A stretch of 64,000 nt of DNA from Escherichia coli (GTDB lineage: Bacteria > Pseudomonadota > Gammaproteobacteria > Enterobacterales > Enterobacteriaceae): NCBI RefSeq assembly GCF_003018255.1, contig NZ_CP027440.1. The stretch is one strand, 5' to 3'. The notes beneath the pieces were generated by a model. It had not been told where the DNA came from. It worked only from the letters and a program-made list of their open reading frames with translations, and ran no database searches. A program made the position numbers and the translations under genes. Position 1 is the stretch's first letter, and each line of letters opens with the position of its first letter. Positions 40,601 to 52,807 of the stretch are shown here, piece after piece.

Positions 40601-41674
40601 GTGGGGCAGCGAATACCTGTAACGCTTGGTAATATTGCGCCGTTGTCGCTAAGGCCGTTCCAGCCTGGACGAATAGCTCTGGTGTGCGAAGGCGGCGGAC
40701 AGCGTGGAATTTTCACGGCTGGCGTGCTGGATGAGTTTATGCGCGCGCAGTTTAATCCTTTCGATCTTTATCTCGGCACATCTGCCGGGGCGCAGAACCT
40801 CTCGGCGTATATCTGCAATCAGCCCGGTTACGCGCGCAAAGTCATCATGCGCTATACCACAAAACGCGAATTTTTCGATCCATTGCGCTTTGTCCGTGGA
40901 GGAAATCTTATCGATCTCGACTGGCTGGTGGAGGCCACTGCAAGCCAGATGCCGTTGCAAATGGATACCGCCGCGCGGTTGTTTGACAGCGGCAAATCGT
41001 TTTATATGTGCGCCTGTCGTCAGGATGACTATGCGCCGAATTACTTTTTACCAACCAAACAAAACTGGCTGGATGTGATTCGCGCCTCCAGTGCGATACC
41101 TGGCTTTTATCGTAGCGGAGTGTCGCTGGAAGGCATTAACTACCTGGATGGCGGGATCAGTGATGCGATTCCGGTTAAAGAGGCGGCAAGGCAGGGAGCA
41201 AAAACCTTGGTCGTCATCCGCACCGTGCCGTCGCAAATGTACTACACGCCGCAGTGGTTCAAACGCATGGAACGCTGGCTGGGTGACAGTAGCCTGCAGC
41301 CGCTGGTCAATCTGGTGCAGCATCATGAAACCAGCTATCGTGACATTCAGCAATTTATTGAGAAACCACCGGGCCAGCTGCGGATATTCGAAATTTATCC
41401 GCCGAAGCCGTTGCATAGTATCGCGCTTGGCAGTCGGATTCCGGCGCTGCGTGAAGACTATAAACTTGGGCGTTTATGCGGTCGTTATTTTCTGGCAACG
41501 GTCGGTAAGTTATTGACTGAAAAAGCGCCGCTTACCCGCCATCTGGTGCCGGTGGTGACGCCGGAATCGATTGTCATTCCGCCTGCGCCAGTCGCCAACG
41601 ATACGCTGGTTGCCGAAGTGATCGACGCTCCGCAGGCGAACGACCCGACATTTAACAATGAGGATCTGGCTTGA
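40601..41674 (+). CDS. yjjU: Patatin-like phospholipase YjjU
   Basis: GxGxxG (CEGGGQRG) and GTSAG serine-hydrolase motif; GTG start at 40601. Confidence 0.85.
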   Translation: MGQRIPVTLGNIAPLSLRPFQPGRIALVCEGGGQRGIFTAGVLDEFMRAQFNPFDLYLGTSAGAQNLSAYICNQPGYARKVIMRYTTKREFFDPLRFVRGGNLIDLDWLVEATASQMPLQMDTAARLFDSGKSFYMCACRQDDYAPNYFLPTKQNWLDVIRASSAIPGFYRSGVSLEGINYLDGGISDAIPVKEAARQGAKTLVVIRTVPSQMYYTPQWFKRMERWLGDSSLQPLVNLVQHHETSYRDIQQFIEKPPGQLRIFEIYPPKPLHSIALGSRIPALREDYKLGRLCGRYFLATVGKLLTEKAPLTRHLVPVVTPESIVIPPAPVANDTLVAEVIDAPQANDPTFNNEDLA

Positions 41675-42450
41675 TTTGCCGTTTTATCGACACCCACTGC
41701 CATTTTGATTTCCCGCCTTTTAGTGGTGATGAAGAGGCCAGCCTGCAACGCGCGGCACAAGCGGGCGTAGGCAAGATCATTGTTCCGGCGACAGAGGCGG
41801 AAAATTTTGCCCGCGTGCAGGCGTTAGCGGAAAAATATCAACCGCTGTATGCCGCATTGGGCTTGCATCCTGGTATGTTGAAAAAACATAGCGATGTGTC
41901 TCTTGATCAGCTACAGCAGGCGCTGGAAAGGCGTCCGGCGAAGGTGGTGGCGGTGGGGGAGATCGGTCTGGATCTCTTCGGCGACGATCCGCAATTTGAG
42001 AGGCAGCAGTGGTTACTCGACGAACAACTGAAACTGGCGAAACGCTACGATCTGCCGGTGATCCTGCATTCACGGCGCACACACGACAAACTGGCGATGC
42101 ATCTTAAACGCCACGATTTGCCACGCACTGGCGTGGTTCACGGTTTTTCCGGCAGCCTGCAACAGGCCGAAAGGTTTGTACTGCTGGGCTACAAAATCGG
42201 CGTAGGCGGTACTATCACCTATCCACGCGCCAGTAAAACCCGCGATGTCATCGCAAAATTACCGCTGGCATCGTTGTTGCTGGAAACCGACGCGCCGGAT
42301 ATGCCGCTCAACGGCTTTCAGGGGCAGCCTAACCGCCCGGAACAGGCTGCGCGGGTGTTTGACGTACTTTGCGAGTTACGCCCGGAACCAGAAGATGAGA
42401 TTGCCGAAGTGTTGCTAAATAATACGTATACGTTGTTTAACGTGCCGTAG
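41671..42450 (+). CDS. yjjV: TatD-family metal-dependent hydrolase/DNase YjjV
   Basis: (M)ICRFIDTHCHFDFPPF... TatD motifs; TTG start overlapping the yjjU stop. Confidence 0.85.
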   Translation: MICRFIDTHCHFDFPPFSGDEEASLQRAAQAGVGKIIVPATEAENFARVQALAEKYQPLYAALGLHPGMLKKHSDVSLDQLQQALERRPAKVVAVGEIGLDLFGDDPQFERQQWLLDEQLKLAKRYDLPVILHSRRTHDKLAMHLKRHDLPRTGVVHGFSGSLQQAERFVLLGYKIGVGGTITYPRASKTRDVIAKLPLASLLLETDAPDMPLNGFQGQPNRPEQAARVFDVLCELRPEPEDEIAEVLLNNTYTLFNVP

Positions 42451-42667
42451 GCCGGATAAGGCGTTCACGCCGCATCCGGCAGTTGGCGCACAATGCCTGA
42501 TGCGACGCTTGACGCGTCTTATCATGCCTACAAGTCTGTGCCGAACCGTAGGCCGGATAAGGCGTTCACGCCGCATCCGGCAGCTGGCGCACAATGCCTG
42601 ATGCGACGCTTGACGCATCTTATCATGCCTACAGGTCTGTGCCGATCCGTAGGCCGTATCCGGCATG
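42447..42667. repeat. BIME-type tandem array: two ~100-bp units (each carrying two REP palindromes) plus a partial third unit
   Basis: Units 42447-42547 and 42548-42645 are near-identical (GTAGGCCGGATAAGGCGTTCACGCCGCATCCGGCAG...TGCCTGATGCGACGCTTGACGC...) followed by GTAGGCCGTATCCGGCATG. Confidence 0.65.
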
Positions 42668-43531
42668 TCACAAATATAGCGCCGGAAATATTAACCGGCT
42701 CACCCCGCGCTCCCATAACGCATCAGCCAGTTGTTCCACATCCTCCGGCGTGGCGCTCGGCCAGCTTTGCGCCTCGCCATACACGCCGTGGGCATGAAAC
42801 GCGTTCAGGCGTACCGGAACATCGCCAAGTCCCTTGATTAACGCCGCCAGTTCTTCGATGTGTTGCAAATAATCCACCTGGCCAGGGATTACCAGCAAAC
42901 GCAGTTCCGCCAGCTTACCGCGCTCTGCCAGCAAACAGATGCTGCGCTTGATCTGCTGATTATCGCGTCCGGTTAATTGCTGATGACATTCGCTCCCCCA
43001 CGCTTTGAGATCGAGCATTGCGCCGTCGCACACCGGAAGCAATTTTTCCCAGCCGGTTTCGCTCAACATGCCATTACTGTCCACCAGACAGGTGAGGTGG
43101 CGCAGTTGCGGATCGTTTTTGATAGCAGTAAACAGCGCCACCACAAACGGTAGCTGGGTCGTGGCTTCGCCGCCGCTTACCGTTATCCCTTCGATAAACA
43201 GCACTGCTTTGCGGATATGGCTAAGCACCTCATCCACGCTCATGGACTGCGCCATTGGCGTGGCATGTTGCGGACACATCTTCAGGCAGGTATCACATTG
43301 CTCGCAGACCACAGCGTTCCACACCACTTTGCCGTCGACAATCTGCAACGCCTGATGCGGACACTGCGGCACGCACTCTCCGCAATCATTACAGCGCCCC
43401 ATCGTCCACGGATTGTGACAGTTTTTGCAGCGCAGATTGCAGCCCTGCAAAAACAGAGCCAGACGACTGCCTGGCCCGTCAACGCAGGAGAAGGGGATAA
43501 TCTTACTGACTAAAGCGCATCTGCTGTTCAT
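42668..43531 (-). CDS. yjjW: Glycyl-radical-enzyme activating enzyme (radical SAM) YjjW
   Basis: CxxxCxxC cluster motif ([12 protein letters not shown]) plus additional Cys-rich ferredoxin-like motifs; 287 aa. Confidence 0.85.
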   Translation of the reverse strand: MNSRCALVSKIIPFSCVDGPGSRLALFLQGCNLRCKNCHNPWTMGRCNDCGECVPQCPHQALQIVDGKVVWNAVVCEQCDTCLKMCPQHATPMAQSMSVDEVLSHIRKAVLFIEGITVSGGEATTQLPFVVALFTAIKNDPQLRHLTCLVDSNGMLSETGWEKLLPVCDGAMLDLKAWGSECHQQLTGRDNQQIKRSICLLAERGKLAELRLLVIPGQVDYLQHIEELAALIKGLGDVPVRLNAFHAHGVYGEAQSWPSATPEDVEQLADALWERGVSRLIFPALYL

Positions 43532-45053
43532 GGCTTATCACGCGCGGCTGGCGTTCCAGAATACGAGTGTTGCGTGCGGCTTCTTCTCCCAGCCAGGTGG
43601 TGTTGGTGCGTGAACCTTCGGCGCGATATTTTTCTAAATCCGACAAACGCACCATATAACCGGTAACGCGAACCAGATCGTTACCGCTGACATTGGCGGT
43701 AAATTCACGCATTCCGGCTTTAAAGGCACCGAGGCAAAGCTGTACCAGCGCCTGCGGATTACGTTTGATGGTTTCGTCGAGCGTCAGAATGTCGCTGATG
43801 CCGGAATAATAATAAGCATGATGCGGGGCGACAGTTTGCAGATGGGTAATCGGATCTGGCTCATCACCATACGGCAAGCGTGCGCCAGGCGTGGTGCCGA
43901 TATCGGAACTGATCCCCGACTGTGCGTGTAGCATGGCGCGTTTTTGCCAGCCATATTTCACGGGGGTATTGGCGACAAACTCCGCCAGTTGTGCGCTGAT
44001 GCGATAACCCACTTCATTTGCGGCGGCTTCTTTACCGTAGCGCGCGGCAATCCCTTCTTTCTCACACAGCAAGTTAACTGCTTCCGCCAATCCGTACATG
44101 CCAAACATTGGCACAAAACGTTCAGGGTTAATCAGCCCTTCTTTCACCAGGAAGCTATTCTCAAAGAAGTGTGATTGTTGATAGAGGAATTCACACCGCG
44201 CATCGATGATGGCGATCTGCTGCTGGCAGTAGTGCGGTAGAGTGCGTGTAAAGAAGTCATCCAGCGATTCACTGCGCTCGGCAATGGCTTTCAGGTTAAG
44301 GCGTACCAGCGTGCTGCCACCACCCGCCAGCGGCAGTGAGTTGTAACAGCTCACAATCCCGTAGCCCCCTTTTGTGAAAATTTTATCATGCACCGGACCG
44401 TTGGCGATGTGCGGTTTGCTACATTCACAGAGGTTCTTCGCCACTTCCAGCAGTAGGTCATCAGGGGTGATTTCAGGATCGTAGATAAAGGTCAGGTTCG
44501 GTGAAACCTGCTTCAACTCTGCGTCTGCACGTAAGATCGCGCGGGTAATGGGCGAATCAGACGGGCCGATATTGGCGTGCATAAAGGCGTCTGGCAGGGT
44601 TCTGTCGAGGTAACGCCAGAAACGTTTTATTCGAATATCGATCTCGTCTTGTGTTAGAATTCTAACATACGGTTGCAACAACGCATCCAGTTGCCCCAGG
44701 TAGACCGGCATCGATGTGACCGATGGTACGTGGTGGTAAAGAATGGTCAGCAGAGAGAGTGCATCATCAAGATCTTTCGCGCCTTCCAGCTCCAGCCATT
44801 CGGAACCGTTCGCCAGAAAACGGGCGTAATCGGGTAAGACATAGCGCGGTTTGTACGGCGCATGACCTTCAAACATATCGCAGATTACACCTTCATCCAG
44901 CGCGCGGCGGGCTTCGGCAGGAAGCTGTGGGTAAGGCAGATTGTTTTCTGCTTCCAGTGCCAGAAAATGGCGCTTCTGCTCCGGGCTAAGTACCGGGCTG
45001 GTGACAATTTGCTGGCAACGTTGTTGCAGTGCATTTTCATGAGAAGTGGGCAT
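43503..45053 (-). CDS. yjjI: Glycyl radical enzyme-like protein YjjI (DUF3029)
   Basis: 516 aa with C-terminal glycyl-radical-like motif (VRVTGYMV); overlaps yjjW by 29 nt. Confidence 0.85.
   Translation of the reverse strand: MPTSHENALQQRCQQIVTSPVLSPEQKRHFLALEAENNLPYPQLPAEARRALDEGVICDMFEGHAPYKPRYVLPDYARFLANGSEWLELEGAKDLDDALSLLTILYHHVPSVTSMPVYLGQLDALLQPYVRILTQDEIDIRIKRFWRYLDRTLPDAFMHANIGPSDSPITRAILRADAELKQVSPNLTFIYDPEITPDDLLLEVAKNLCECSKPHIANGPVHDKIFTKGGYGIVSCYNSLPLAGGGSTLVRLNLKAIAERSESLDDFFTRTLPHYCQQQIAIIDARCEFLYQQSHFFENSFLVKEGLINPERFVPMFGMYGLAEAVNLLCEKEGIAARYGKEAAANEVGYRISAQLAEFVANTPVKYGWQKRAMLHAQSGISSDIGTTPGARLPYGDEPDPITHLQTVAPHHAYYYSGISDILTLDETIKRNPQALVQLCLGAFKAGMREFTANVSGNDLVRVTGYMVRLSDLEKYRAEGSRTNTTWLGEEAARNTRILERQPRVISHEQQMRFSQ
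44373..44388. promoter_or_regulatory. Candidate DeoR operator O_E (degenerate)
   Basis: TGTGAAAATTTTATCA, a degenerate palindrome 279 bp upstream of O1, matching the reported O_E-O1 spacing. Confidence 0.4.
44652..44667. promoter_or_regulatory. DeoR operator O1 (deoP1), embedded in the yjjI coding sequence
   Basis: Perfect palindrome TGTTAGAATTCTAACA; 599 bp upstream of O2, matching the reported deoP1-deoP2 spacing. Confidence 0.6.
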
Positions 45054-45250
45054 CTTCTTTTCCTTTTATGCCGAAGGTGATGCGCCATTGTAAGAAGTTT
45101 CGTGATGTTCACTTTGATCCTGATGCGTTTGCCACCACTGACGCATTCATTTGAAAGTGAATTATTTGAACCAGATCGCATTACAGTGATGCAAACTTGT
45201 AAGTAGATTTCCTTAATTGTGATGTATATCGAAGTGTGTTGCGGAGTAGA

Positions 45251-45266
45251 TGTTAGAATACTAACA
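45251..45266. promoter_or_regulatory. DeoR operator O2 (deoP2; CRP/CytR-dependent promoter region lies in 45150-45240)
   Basis: TGTTAGAATACTAACA 45 nt upstream of the deoC ATG; upstream TGTGA-like CRP half-sites at about 45158 and 45218. Confidence 0.6.
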
Positions 45267-45310
45267 AACTCGCAAGGTGAATTTTATTGGCGACAAGCCA
45301 GGAGAATGAA

Positions 45311-46090
45311 ATGACTGATCTGAAAGCAAGCAGCCTGCGTGCACTGAAATTGATGGACCTGACCACCCTGAATGACGACGACACCGACGAGAAAGTAATT
45401 GCTCTGTGTCATCAGGCCAAAACTCCGGTCGGCAATACCGCCGCTATCTGTATCTATCCTCGCTTTATCCCAATTGCTCGCAAAACGCTGAAAGAGCAGG
45501 GTACCCCGGAAATCCGTATCGCTACGGTAACCAACTTCCCACACGGTAACGACGACATCGAAATCGCGCTGGCAGAAACCCGTGCGGCAATCGCCTACGG
45601 TGCTGATGAAGTTGACGTTGTGTTCCCGTACCGCGCGCTGATGGCGGGTAACGAGCAGGTTGGTTTTGACCTGGTGAAAGCCTGTAAAGAGGCTTGCGCG
45701 GCAGCGAATGTACTGCTGAAAGTGATCATCGAAACCGGCGAACTAAAAGACGAAGCGCTGATCCGTAAAGCGTCTGAAATCTCCATCAAAGCGGGTGCGG
45801 ACTTCATCAAAACCTCTACCGGTAAAGTGGCTGTGAACGCGACGCCGGAAAGCGCGCGCATCATGATGGAAGTGATCCGTGATATGGGCGTAGAAAAAAC
45901 CGTTGGTTTCAAACCGGCGGGCGGCGTGCGTACTGCGGAAGATGCGCAGAAATATCTCGCCATCGCCGATGAACTGTTCGGTGCTGACTGGGCTGATGCG
46001 CGTCACTACCGCTTTGGTGCTTCCAGCCTGCTGGCAAGCCTGCTGAAAGCTCTGGGCCACGGCGACGGTAAGAGCGCCAGCAGCTACTAA
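45311..46090 (+). CDS. deoC: Deoxyribose-phosphate aldolase
   Basis: [33 protein letters not shown]... 259 aa; AGGAG Shine-Dalgarno. Confidence 0.95.
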
Positions 46091-46167
46091 GGCTTGATTT
46101 GCCGGATGATGCAGCGATGCTCATCCGGTTCCCCGATTACCTCGTCTCTTTTCCACGGGAGGTTACC

Positions 46168-47490
46168 TTGTTTCTCGCACAAGAAATTATTCGTAAAAAA
46201 CGTGATGGTCATGCGCTGAGCGATGAAGAAATTCGTTTCTTTATCAACGGTATTCGCGACAACACTATCTCCGAAGGGCAGATTGCCGCCCTCGCGATGA
46301 CCATTTTCTTCCACGATATGACAATGCCTGAGCGTGTCTCGCTGACCATGGCTATGCGAGATTCAGGAACCGTTCTCGACTGGAAAAGCCTGCATCTGAA
46401 TGGCCCGATTGTTGATAAACACTCGACCGGCGGCGTCGGCGATGTCACTTCGCTGATGTTGGGGCCGATGGTCGCAGCCTGCGGCGGCTATATTCCGATG
46501 ATCTCCGGTCGCGGCCTCGGTCATACTGGCGGTACGCTCGACAAACTGGAATCCATCCCTGGCTTCGACATTTTCCCGGATGACAACCGTTTCCGCGAAA
46601 TTATTAAAGACGTCGGCGTGGCGATTATCGGCCAGACCAGCTCACTGGCTCCGGCGGATAAACGTTTCTACGCGACCCGTGATATTACCGCAACCGTGGA
46701 CTCCATCCCGCTGATCACTGCCTCTATTCTGGCGAAGAAACTGGCGGAAGGTCTGGACGCGCTGGTGATGGACGTGAAAGTAGGTAGCGGCGCGTTTATG
46801 CCGACCTACGAACTCTCTGAAGCCCTTGCCGAAGCGATTGTTGGCGTGGCTAACGGCGCTGGCGTGCGCACCACCGCGCTGCTCACCGATATGAATCAGG
46901 TACTGGCCTCCAGTGCAGGTAACGCGGTTGAAGTTCGTGAAGCGGTGCAGTTCCTGACGGGTGAATATCGTAACCCGCGTCTGTTTGATGTCACGATGGC
47001 ACTGTGCGTGGAGATGCTGATCTCCGGCAAACTGGCGAAAAATGACGCCGAAGCGCGCGCGAAATTGCAGGCGGTGCTGGACAACGGTAAAGCGGCAGAA
47101 GTCTTTGGTCGTATGGTCGCGGCACAAAAAGGCCCGACCGACTTCGTTGAGAACTACGCGAAGTATCTGCCGACAGCGATGCTGACGAAAGCAGTCTATG
47201 CTGATACCGAAGGGTTTGTCAGTGAAATGGATACCCGCGCACTGGGGATGGCAGTGGTTGCAATGGGCGGCGGACGCCGTCAGGCATCTGACACCATCGA
47301 TTACAGCGTCGGCTTTACTGATATGGCGCGTCTGGGCGACCAGGTAGACGGTCAGCGTCCGCTGGCAGTTATCCACGCGAAAGACGAAAACAGCTGGCAG
47401 GAAGCGGCGAAAGCGGTGAAAGCGGCAATTAAACTTGCCGATAAAGCACCGGAAAGCACACCAACTGTCTATCGCCGTATCAGCGAATAA
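46168..47490 (+). CDS. deoA: Thymidine phosphorylase
   Basis: (M)[31 protein letters not shown]... 440 aa; TTG start at 46168 preceded by GGGAGG. Confidence 0.9.
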
Positions 47491-47520
47491 CGGTATACTG
47501 ATCTGATCATTTAAATTTGA

Positions 47521-48765
<1,245 letters not shown>

Positions 48766-48821
48766 TGGATTTGGGCGGAGCAGTGACTCCGCCTTTAATA
48801 TGTCACAAAAAGGATAAAACG

Positions 48822-49541
48822 ATGGCTACTCCACACATTAATGCAGAAATGGGCGATTTTGCTGACGTAGTTTTGATGCCAGGCGACCCGCTGCGTGCGA
48901 AGTATATTGCTGAAACTTTCCTTGAAGATGCCCGTGAAGTGAACAACGTTCGCGGTATGCTGGGCTTCACCGGTACTTATAAAGGCCGCAAAATTTCCGT
49001 AATGGGTCACGGTATGGGTATCCCGTCCTGCTCCATCTACACCAAAGAACTGATCACCGATTTCGGCGTGAAGAAAATTATCCGCGTAGGTTCCTGTGGT
49101 GCTGTTCTGCCGCACGTAAAACTGCGTGACGTCGTTATCGGTATGGGTGCCTGCACCGATTCCAAAGTTAACCGCATCCGTTTTAAAGACCATGACTTTG
49201 CCGCTATCGCTGACTTCGACATGGTGCGTAACGCGGTAGACGCGGCAAAAGCACTGGGCGTTGATGCTCGCGTTGGTAACCTGTTCTCCGCTGACCTGTT
49301 CTACTCTCCGGACGGCGAAATGTTCGACGTGATGGAAAAATACGGCATCCTCGGCGTGGAAATGGAAGCGGCTGGTATCTACGGCGTCGCTGCAGAATTT
49401 GGCGCGAAAGCCCTGACCATCTGCACCGTGTCTGACCACATCCGCACTCACGAGCAGACCACTGCCGCTGAGCGTCAGACCACCTTCAACGACATGATCA
49501 AAATCGCGCTGGAATCCGTTCTGCTGGGCGATAAAGAGTAA
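48822..49541 (+). CDS. deoD: Purine nucleoside phosphorylase DeoD-type
   Basis: [33 protein letters not shown]... 239 aa from ATG at 48822. Confidence 0.95.
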   Translation: MATPHINAEMGDFADVVLMPGDPLRAKYIAETFLEDAREVNNVRGMLGFTGTYKGRKISVMGHGMGIPSCSIYTKELITDFGVKKIIRVGSCGAVLPHVKLRDVVIGMGACTDSKVNRIRFKDHDFAAIADFDMVRNAVDAAKALGVDARVGNLFSADLFYSPDGEMFDVMEKYGILGVEMEAAGIYGVAAEFGAKALTICTVSDHIRTHEQTTAAERQTTFNDMIKIALESVLLGDKE

Positions 49542-49573
49542 TTGTGTTTTGCTGAAAGGCGATTGTCGTGTGA

Positions 49574-49603
49574 AGCCGGAGTGGGAGACTGCTCCGGCTT
49601 TTT
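49574..49603 (+). terminator. Rho-independent terminator of the deo operon
   Basis: 8-bp stem AGCCGGAG/CTCCGGCT with 10-nt loop, followed by TTTTT. Confidence 0.7.
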
Positions 49604-49701
49604 AGTATTTATTCATCAATAGCAACTGATTTATAGATTTACTATTATTTTTCATATGGATAGAAAATAAAATCCATTCAAGTATCTATTCACGAATCTA
49701 T

Positions 49702-49965
49702 TCATTTATGTTCAGCCGTCATCCAGGAAGGGCATATCAGCAACTCTGGTGGACAACCATAAATTCCTGCCATTTTGCTTTTGATGTTTGAACTAAGCCG
49801 TTCCGTCTTTTCGATCTGTTTTAGAGAATTAATGGAGATACCTAACATTTTACTTACTTCAGCAAGTGATAGTTTATGCCTGATACGCACGGCGGTTAGC
49901 CAGGATATACCCTGGCTGAACATTAAATTGATAATCTCCCGTTCCTGGTTTTCCAGATCGATCAT
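49702..49965 (-). CDS. Small XRE-type helix-turn-helix protein (87 aa), hypothetical
   Basis: ATG at 49963-49965 preceded by GGAAGGA; HTH-like segment KLSLAEVSKMLGISINSLKQIEKTER; AT-rich DNA; lies where K-12 has yjjJ. Confidence 0.5.
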   Translation of the reverse strand: MIDLENQEREIINLMFSQGISWLTAVRIRHKLSLAEVSKMLGISINSLKQIEKTERLSSNIKSKMAGIYGCPPELLICPSWMTAEHK

Positions 49966-49996
49966 ATTTCCTTCCCTGGATATTTTAATCAGCGAG

Positions 49997-51013
49997 TTAC
50001 CTTACCGCCCCTGCCATCCACGCTGACAACTCCCGTAGCTCTTTTTCCTGTTCCGGGAAGTCAACCAGCAGCGCTTCGCACTCCTGTTGCAGCATATCCG
50101 CGCGGTACAGACAGCCTTGCAGTCGCCCGGCGAGGGCTTCCAGCGGCGCGGGGTTGAGACTGTCGGTAAACACCTGGGCGCGGGTGATATGGCCTTTTTC
50201 AACGTCGAAATGCAGTTCCACGCCGCCCCAGGTAAAGCGTTCATCCAGCAGATGCGAGAATGCCGGAGCCTGACCGAAGTTCCATTCCCAGCTACTCTGG
50301 CGGGCAAAGGTTTCGGCGAAGTTTGGCAAGTCTGGCGTTTTGTCCGGGGAGATGATTTCCGCTTCCACGCGCTCGCCATAATGGGCGAAAAAGGCCTCGG
50401 TTATGGCCTCGCAAACCTGCTCATGGGTGATCCCCGGTAGCAATTCGGTCAGATTGGTCACGCGGGAACGCACTGAGGTAATGCCTTTCGCCGCCAGTTT
50501 CTTTTTATCCGGATTGAGATAGTTTGCCAGGCGGCTAAGGTCGGAATTGAGCAGCAAAGTGCCGTGGTGGAAGCCACGATCTTTGGTTTCGCGATAGGCC
50601 GAGCCTGAGACTTTGCGATCGCCTTCGGCGGTTTTCACCACCAGATCGTTACGCCCGGAAGCTTCGGCGCTGACGCCGAGCGCGTTCAGCGCATTGAGCA
50701 CAATCGACGTGGAGATGGTTTTATCGTACTCCGGCTTGCCAGCCATAAAGGTAAAACAGGTATTGCCGAGATCGTGGAACACTGCGCCGCCACCGCTACT
50801 GCGCCGCGCCAGGCGGACGTTATCTTCTTCCATCCGCCGGGTATTACACTCTTTCCACGGGTTCTGCGCGCGACCAATCACTACCGTGTCGGCATTGCGC
50901 CAGAGAAACAGAACGCGCTGCGTAGCCGGCATCTGGCGAAAAATACACTCCTCTACCGCCAGGTTAAACCACGGGTCGTAAGAGTCAGAGATGAGCAGGC
51001 GTAATGTGGACAT
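49997..51013 (-). CDS. lplA: Lipoate-protein ligase A
   Basis: [57 protein letters not shown]... 338 aa. Confidence 0.95.
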   Translation of the reverse strand: MSTLRLLISDSYDPWFNLAVEECIFRQMPATQRVLFLWRNADTVVIGRAQNPWKECNTRRMEEDNVRLARRSSGGGAVFHDLGNTCFTFMAGKPEYDKTISTSIVLNALNALGVSAEASGRNDLVVKTAEGDRKVSGSAYRETKDRGFHHGTLLLNSDLSRLANYLNPDKKKLAAKGITSVRSRVTNLTELLPGITHEQVCEAITEAFFAHYGERVEAEIISPDKTPDLPNFAETFARQSSWEWNFGQAPAFSHLLDERFTWGGVELHFDVEKGHITRAQVFTDSLNPAPLEALAGRLQGCLYRADMLQQECEALLVDFPEQEKELRELSAWMAGAVR

Positions 51014-51040
51014 AACGATTTCCTTTCTTGTAGTAATGGG

Positions 51041-51685
51041 TCACTCTTTTTTCTCGCTTTCTTCCTCTTCCGGCACCGGTTTACTGGCGGTTAACAGGAA
51101 GGGCGATTGCTGCCAGCGGGTGCGTTTACCCTGTAGCAGCGTGCGGGTCAGCACTACGCCGATTGCCAGTGAGAGCAGCAACATCAGGCGTAAAATGTTA
51201 GTGGTGTTATCCACCTGTTGGGCTTCGGTGGCGAGCGTATGGGTGTCGAGCGTAAGGCGCAGATAGCCGAGCGGTCCGTTTTTCCCGGCAATAGGTTCGA
51301 CAATCTGCTGGTTAAAATAGCCGCCCGCTTTTTTGCCGTCGAGCGCCAACCGGTCGCGCACTTCGACGCTTTCGCCAGAACGGGCGATAAGATCGCCTTG
51401 TTCGTCATACACGCCCGCGTCGAGGATACGGCCTTCATCCGTTAACTGATCAAGGATCGCCTGAATGCGTTTTTCATCCGGTGAGTCGGTACGCATCAGC
51501 GGTGCAACGTTCAGCGTCACCTGACGCGCCAGGGTGCGGGCCAGTTCTTCCAGCTGTGGATTACGCTGTCGCTGGTGGTTTTGACTAAACCATGACGCTC
51601 CCTGCATCAGCGCCACTAACAAGGCAAGACAGAACAGGACAATCACTGCCCGATGCAGCCGGAATTTCAGTTTTGTGCGAGCCAT
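51041..51685 (-). CDS. ytjB: Inner membrane protein YtjB (Smp)
   Basis: 214 aa with N-terminal TM helix; conserved position between lplA and serB. Confidence 0.85.
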   Translation of the reverse strand: MARTKLKFRLHRAVIVLFCLALLVALMQGASWFSQNHQRQRNPQLEELARTLARQVTLNVAPLMRTDSPDEKRIQAILDQLTDEGRILDAGVYDEQGDLIARSGESVEVRDRLALDGKKAGGYFNQQIVEPIAGKNGPLGYLRLTLDTHTLATEAQQVDNTTNILRLMLLLSLAIGVVLTRTLLQGKRTRWQQSPFLLTASKPVPEEEESEKKE

Positions 51686-51790
51686 CTTCCACCCTTTGAA
51701 AATTTGAGACTTAATGTTGCCAGAAGCAATGGATACAAGGTAGCCTCATGCGTTATTTTCCCTGCTTCGAACGATTTTACAGGAGCCTTA

Positions 51791-52759
51791 ATGCCTAACA
51801 TTACCTGGTGCGACCTGCCTGAAGATGTCTCTTTATGGCCGGGTCTGCCTCTTTCATTAAGTGGTGATGAAGTGATGCCACTGGATTACCACGCAGGTCG
51901 TAGCGGCTGGCTGCTGTATGGTCGTGGACTGGATAAACAACGTCTGACCCAATACCAGAGCAAACTGGGCGCGGCGATGGTGATTGTTGCCGCCTGGTGC
52001 GTGGAAGATTATCAGGTGATTCGTCTGGCAGGTTCACTCACCGCGCGGGCTACGCGCCTGGCCCACGAAGCGCAGCTGGATGTCGCGCCGCTGGGGAAAA
52101 TCCCGCACCTGCGCACGCCGGGTTTGCTGGTGATGGACATGGATTCCACCGCCATCCAGATTGAATGTATTGATGAAATTGCCAAACTGGCCGGAACGGG
52201 CGAGAGGGTGGCGGAGGTAACCGAACGGGCGATGCGCGGCGAACTCGATTTTACCGCCAGCCTGCGCAGCCGCGTGGCGACGCTGAAAGGCGCTGACGCC
52301 AATATTCTGCAACAGGTGCGTGAAAATCTGCCGCTGATGCCAGGCTTAACGCAGCTGGTACTCAAGCTGGAAACGCTGGGCTGGAAAGTGGCGATTGCCT
52401 CCGGCGGCTTTACTTTCTTTGCTGAATACCTGCGCGACAAGCTGCGCCTGACAGCAGTGGTAGCCAATGAACTGGAGATCATGGACGGTAAATTTACCGG
52501 CAATGTGATCGGCGACATCGTTGACGCGCAATATAAAGCGAAAACCCTGACCCGCCTCGCGCAGGAGTATGAAATCCCGCTGGCGCAGACCGTGGCGATT
52601 GGCGATGGAGCCAATGACCTGCCGATGATCAAAGCGGCAGGGCTGGGGATTGCCTACCATGCCAAGCCAAAAGTGAATGAAAAGACGGAAGTCACCATCC
52701 GTCACGCTGACCTGATGGGGGTATTCTGCATCCTCTCTGGCAGCCTGAATCAGAAGTAA
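51791..52759 (+). CDS. serB: Phosphoserine phosphatase
   Basis: MPNITWCDLPEDVSLWPGLPLSLSGDEVMPLDYHAGRSGWLLYGRGLDKQ...; HAD motif DMDST; AGGAG Shine-Dalgarno. Confidence 0.95.
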   Translation: MPNITWCDLPEDVSLWPGLPLSLSGDEVMPLDYHAGRSGWLLYGRGLDKQRLTQYQSKLGAAMVIVAAWCVEDYQVIRLAGSLTARATRLAHEAQLDVAPLGKIPHLRTPGLLVMDMDSTAIQIECIDEIAKLAGTGERVAEVTERAMRGELDFTASLRSRVATLKGADANILQQVRENLPLMPGLTQLVLKLETLGWKVAIASGGFTFFAEYLRDKLRLTAVVANELEIMDGKFTGNVIGDIVDAQYKAKTLTRLAQEYEIPLAQTVAIGDGANDLPMIKAAGLGIAYHAKPKVNEKTEVTIRHADLMGVFCILSGSLNQK

Positions 52760-52807
52760 TTGCCTGCCCGTCATCCTGCGGGCGGCACAGCATTAACGAG
52801 GTACACC

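Noticed and set aside
42447-42667. Possible CRISPR array (tandem near-identical repeats)
   Set aside because: Units are directly adjacent with no unique spacers and contain REP palindromes; no cas genes in the window. This is a BIME/REP array.
52012-52632. 206-aa minus-strand ORF
   Set aside because: Antisense to serB; Ser/Arg/Ala-rich with no recognisable motifs; serB on the plus strand is unambiguous.
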